Below, piece after piece: positions 59,615-64,000 of a stretch of DNA of 64,000 bases. The position numbers were made by a program, and so were the translations under genes. Below the pieces are notes generated by a model that saw only the letters and a list, made by a program, of their open reading frames with translations, ran no database searches and was not told where the DNA came from. Source of the DNA: Anaeramoeba ignava BMAN (lineage: Eukaryota; Protista; Anaeramoebae); contig JAPDFW010000073.1 in the NCBI GenBank assembly GCA_028826165.1, positions 319,850-383,849 on the forward strand, in the 5' to 3' direction. The stretch's first letter is position 1. Each line of letters starts with the position of its first letter.

Positions 59615-60009
59615 TTCTAATTTTTAATTTTTAATTTGATTAAAAGTTTTAAAATGGAAAAAAAAGGAAAAAAATAAGGAAAAAAAAATGAAAAAGAAAA
59701 AAAGGAAAAAAAATTTATTTATTCCCAAAAATAAGACAATTTTTATTTTTAAAAACAGGAAAAAAAAGAATTTAAAATAAGAATTATTTTTTAAAAACAG
59801 GAAAAAAAAGTGGAAAAAAAAGTGGAAAAAAAGTGGAAAAAAAAGTGGAAAAATGGAATAAATTCAATTTTTATTTTTATTTTTATTTTTATTTTTAATT
59901 TTTATTTTTTATTTTTTATTTTTTATTTTTAATTTTTTATTTTTATTTTTCATTTTTTTCATTTTTTTCATTTTTTTTCTTTGCTATTAAAATTATTTCA
60001 AAATAAAAA

Positions 60010-62379
60010 ATGAAAAAATTCCAAAAAGAAATTCAAAATAATCTTTTAATTAATTCACTTAGACACAACAAAACATTTTCAGATTTATTAGAATTAATTG
60101 TTCAACAAAATGGGATTTTAGCAGTTCCACATAGTATGGCATTAGGAACAATGAGTTTTACAAGAGAATTTATAGAAACACACATTTTAATCACAAATGA
60201 AAATCATCCAAATAATTTTGTTACAATAAATGGAGCAATTGGATTATTTATAAAGCAAAACAATTATAAACATCTCAAAATAATAAAAAAACCACCAAAA
60301 TTAAAAGAGAAAATATTAATTCAAGCAGTTAAAAAGAAAAAATACACAATATTATTTGATGAGATTGGAAATATAAAGCCAATAAAAATGCTTAATATTC
60401 CTTATATTATTAATGAAGGTTGTATTTTTTTGAATGAACAAATACCTTCTTGTTCTATTATAATACTTTCTGAATCTATTAAGTTTCCAGGTTGTTCTTG
60501 GTCTAGATCAGAATTTTCAAACTCAGATTCAAGTGGAACTGAATATATTCCAAAAGAAATTTATCATAAACATAAATCAAGACATAAACTTAATAGAAAA
60601 TTGAAAATTTATTCTTCATCTCAAAAAAAACAAAGATATCAAAAAATCAAAAATATATTTATTAGTAATTATCAAGAATTAGAAAATTTTCTTGAAGATT
60701 TCCCAGATTCAGAATTATCAAGTGATTTATCTTTTGCAATTAATAATTATTTAGAGAAAGATGTTTCATTAGAAGAATCAGAATATTTAGTAAATGAAAT
60801 TATTGAACAAGTAGCTAGAAAATATTCTAATCATATTTTATTTCAAAAGAAAGAAAATATAAATTTAAGTTTCAATTTAGAAACAAAATTTGATTTAATT
60901 CAAAATCAAAATCAAAATCAAAATCAAAATCAAAATCAAAATCAAAATCAAATTCAAATTCAAAATCAAAATCAAAATCAAATTCAAAATCAAAATCAAA
61001 ATCAAAATCAAAATCAAAATAAAATTCAAAATCAAAATCAAAATCAAAATGAAAATCAAAATCAAAATCAAAATCAAAATCTAATTGAAAATCAAAATCA
61101 AAATCAAAATGAAAATCAAAATCAAAATCAAAATCAAAATCAAAATCAAAATCAAAATCAAAATCAAAATCAAAATCAAAATCAAAATCAAAATCAAAAT
61201 CAAAATCAAAATCAAAATCAAAATCAAAATCAAAATCAAAATCTAAATCAAAATCAAAATCAAAATCAAAATCAAAATCAAAATCAAAATCAAAATCAAA
61301 ATCAAAATCAAAATCAAAATCAAAATCAAAATCAAAATCAAAATCAAAATCAAAATCAAAATCAAAATCAAAATCAAAATGAAAATCAAAATCAAAATCA
61401 AAATCAAAATCAAAATCAAAATCAAAATCAAAATGAAAATCAAAATCAAAATCAAAATCAAAATCAAAATCAAAATCAAAATCAAATTCAAAATCAAATT
61501 GAAAATCAAAGTTCTAATACAAATTCAATTACACATTCATTTACAAATGAAGATTTATGTGATGATTTATATTATTTAGATGAAGATCCAAATGTAAATT
61601 TCGATAATAATTTCAATTTAATCACACCCCCAAAAAAAGAACAAAGCGAAATGGTTTATGATATTATTGAACAATACTTCATGTCAAGAGTTGGATCTTG
61701 TTTATTCAAATTAACTTGTGAAAAATTTTTATTACAAGATAAAAAATTCAATGAAAAATAAATCGATTATCATTTTTATTACCAAAACATTTTGGAATTA
61801 AAGAAGAATATCTTGATGAAAAAAAGTTGAAAAAATAGTTCAAGAAATAAAAAAAATCAACCAAAGTAAAACACCACAAGATAAACTAGAATGCATTATT
61901 GAATGTTGTCATCAAGCACAATCTATTTTGAATGATTATGATGAAGATACAGGAGTTGATGATTTACTTAAAATTGTAGCTTACAGTTTATTAATAACAA
62001 ATCCAAAAATATTCAAGCAAATATTTACTACATTTCCAAATTTAGAAATTCCAAAAATATTATTTGTTACTGAATCTGGTTATTTATTTACAACATTTGT
62101 TTCAAGTGCAAATTTTTGGAAGGAATTACTTGTAATCAATTAAATATTAATCAATCAGAATTTCAAGAAAAATGGTGGAAAGGACAAGACCATCAAAAAT
62201 ATATCAATTTATCAAAAAATAATCTTGATAAACATTTTGTTAATATTTTATTCATGAATTTAAAATCAGTTGAACAACTTTCTTTTGAAGAATCAAAAAA
62301 ATTATTTAAAGAATATCAAAAAAAAATTTTTGAATTTAATCAAATTAAAAAAGAAATAATTATGTTAAATTTGAAATGA
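60010..62379 (+). CDS. VPS9-domain Rab GEF with a VARP/ANKRD27-like N-terminus and a ~200-aa QN tract; several 1-nt frameshifts after 61755
   Basis: N-terminal GILAVP...ETHILI...FVTING. Corrected C-terminus INQSKTPQDKLECI...GVDDLLKIVAYSLL...QANIYYISKF...ESGYLFTTFVSSANFL is a VPS9 motif set. Confidence 0.75.
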
Positions 62380-62606
62380 AATGAAATGAAAAAAATAATT
62401 ATTTTTTTGATTTAGATTTATTGAAAACAAAAAGTTGTTTTTTTTTATATTATAATATAAAAAAAATTTGTGAAAATGTCAAAAAAAAAAAAATGATTAA
62501 AAAAAAAAAAGAGAATGAAAAGAAAAATTTGATCAAAAAAAAAAAAAATTTTAATTTGTTTTTTTCATTTTTTTTTTAATTTTTTTTTCATTTTTTTTAA
62601 ATAAAA

Positions 62607-63091
62607 ATGAATAATCAAATAAATAAGAATAATTATTATTGTTGTTGTTGTGGTTTAGAAACTAATGAAAAATCTTCAAAATTAAAACCAGATTCATTAT
62701 TAATTCCTTTATCTGAAAAAAATCAAGATTCAAATATAATTTGTAATAAATGTTTTTCTTTAAATGAAATTAAAGTAATTTTATTATTTAAATAATTAAA
62801 AATAATCAAAAAAAATTTAAAAAAAAATATAATTTGTAAAGTTTTCTCAAATCTTTTTTTCTTTTTCTCTTTTTAAAAAAAAAAAAAAAGATTTTAGAAA
62901 ATATTTTAAAAAAATCAAAAAAAGAAAATAAAGATTTAAAAGATGAAAATATTGTTTTAGAAAATAAAAAAAAAGAAATGGTTATTATAAACAAAAATCA
63001 CAAGAAATATTTAAAAGAATTAGAAAAGAAAATTGAAAATTTATATAAAAAATTATCTGAATTAAAAGAAAATTTTGATGAAAAAAAATGA
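62607..63091 (+). CDS. Small hypothetical protein: CxxC...CxxC followed by a coiled coil; intron about 62775-62890
   Basis: MNNQINKNNYYCCCCG...IICNKCF, then GTAATT...AAAAG, then ILENILKKSKKENKDLKDEN...ELKENFDEKK*. Confidence 0.55.
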
Positions 63092-63247
63092 GATGAAAAA
63101 AAAATTATTTTTCTTTTCTTTTCCTTTTTTTTTAAAAATAAAAAGAAGTAAAATAATTTCAAAAATAATTTCAAAAATAAAAATAAGAAAGAATTCATTT
63201 ATTTTTAAAACAAAATGAAATGAAAAAAAAGAAAATTTGAATTTAAA

Positions 63248-63721
63248 TTAATTTCCACCTCTTAATCTTAAAACCAAATGAATTGTTGATTCTTTTTGAA
63301 TTGAATAATCATTTAAAAGTTCTTGAATCTTCTAATTGTTTTCCTGCAAAATATTAATCTTTGTTGTTCAGATGAAATTCCTTCTTTTTCTTGAATTTTT
63401 GATTTAATATTTTCAATAGAATCATTTGAATCCAACATCAAGTGTAATTGTTCTTCCAGTTAATGTTTTAACAAATATTTGAAAATTTCCACCTCTTAAT
63501 CTTAAAACTAAATGAATTGTTGATTCTTTTTGAATTGAATAATCATTTAATGTTCTTGAATCTTCTAATTGTTTTCCTGCAAATATTAATCTTTGTTGTT
63601 CAGGTGAAATTCCTTCTTTTTCTTGAATTTTTGATTTAATATTTTCAATAGAATCATTTGGATCAACATCAAGAGTAATTGTTCTTCCAGTTAATGTTTT
63701 AACAAATATTTGAAAATTCAT
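63248..63721 (-). CDS. Divergent two-unit polyubiquitin-like gene; extra G near 63432
   Basis: [19 protein letters not shown]...[13 protein letters not shown]...LRLRGG-N*. Confidence 0.9.
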
Positions 63722-64000
63722 AATTAATTTTTGATTTTTTGATTTTTTAAAAATAAAAAAGATAAAAAGATAAAAAGATAAAAAGATAAAAAAGATAAAA
63801 AGATAAAAAAGATAAAAAAAAAGAAGAATGAAAATAATCTATTTTTTCAATTTTAATTTTTCTTTTATATTATTTTTAATTGATTAAATATTTAAATTTA
63901 TTTTTATTAAAAATTGAGATTAACAAATATTTTTTTCTTTTTTTTTGATTTTTATTTTTATTAATTAAATAATTCGATTTTATTTTTCATTTTCCTACCA

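Noticed and set aside
61750-62120. Euplotes-like programmed frameshifting at AAA-TAA (61756) and AAA-TAG (about 61833)
   Set aside because: Each is explained by one missing A in an A-run before an ATA codon. Neighbouring shifts lack stop codons, and similar homopolymer indels hit actin, strumpellin and other genes, so assembly error is more likely.

Overview
Extremely AT-rich, gene-dense, intron-containing eukaryotic DNA. The low GC, expanded ankyrin-BTB and BTB-TLDc genes and QN/EN repeats resemble an anaerobic metamonad such as Anaeramoeba, but this is inference. About 21 protein-coding genes can be reconstructed by hand: two tandem ankyrin-BTB-BTB paralogues, actin, two BTB-TLDc genes, AP-1 mu, DCAF7/WDR68, a probable Pol I factor TAF1A, exportin-2/CSE1, a discoidin-less muskelin, a FYVE protein flanked by two unassigned prokaryote-looking domains, a PAP2 protein with altered catalytic motifs, Enhancer of polycomb, AP-5 zeta, AMPK-alpha, Tudor-SN, a SmgGDS-like ARM protein, strumpellin, a VARP-like VPS9 protein, a small C4/coiled-coil orphan and a divergent di-ubiquitin. 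Many genes carry small indels, mostly at homopolymers and probably assembly errors. Notable non-coding structure: long introns filled with intron-specific simple repeats, A-rich (AAAAG) splice acceptors, 100-120 bp bidirectional promoters with tandem TCATTTT initiator-like motifs, and three intergenic tandem arrays (about 143, 169 and 88 bp units). No tRNA, rRNA, CRISPR array, transposase or intein was recognised.
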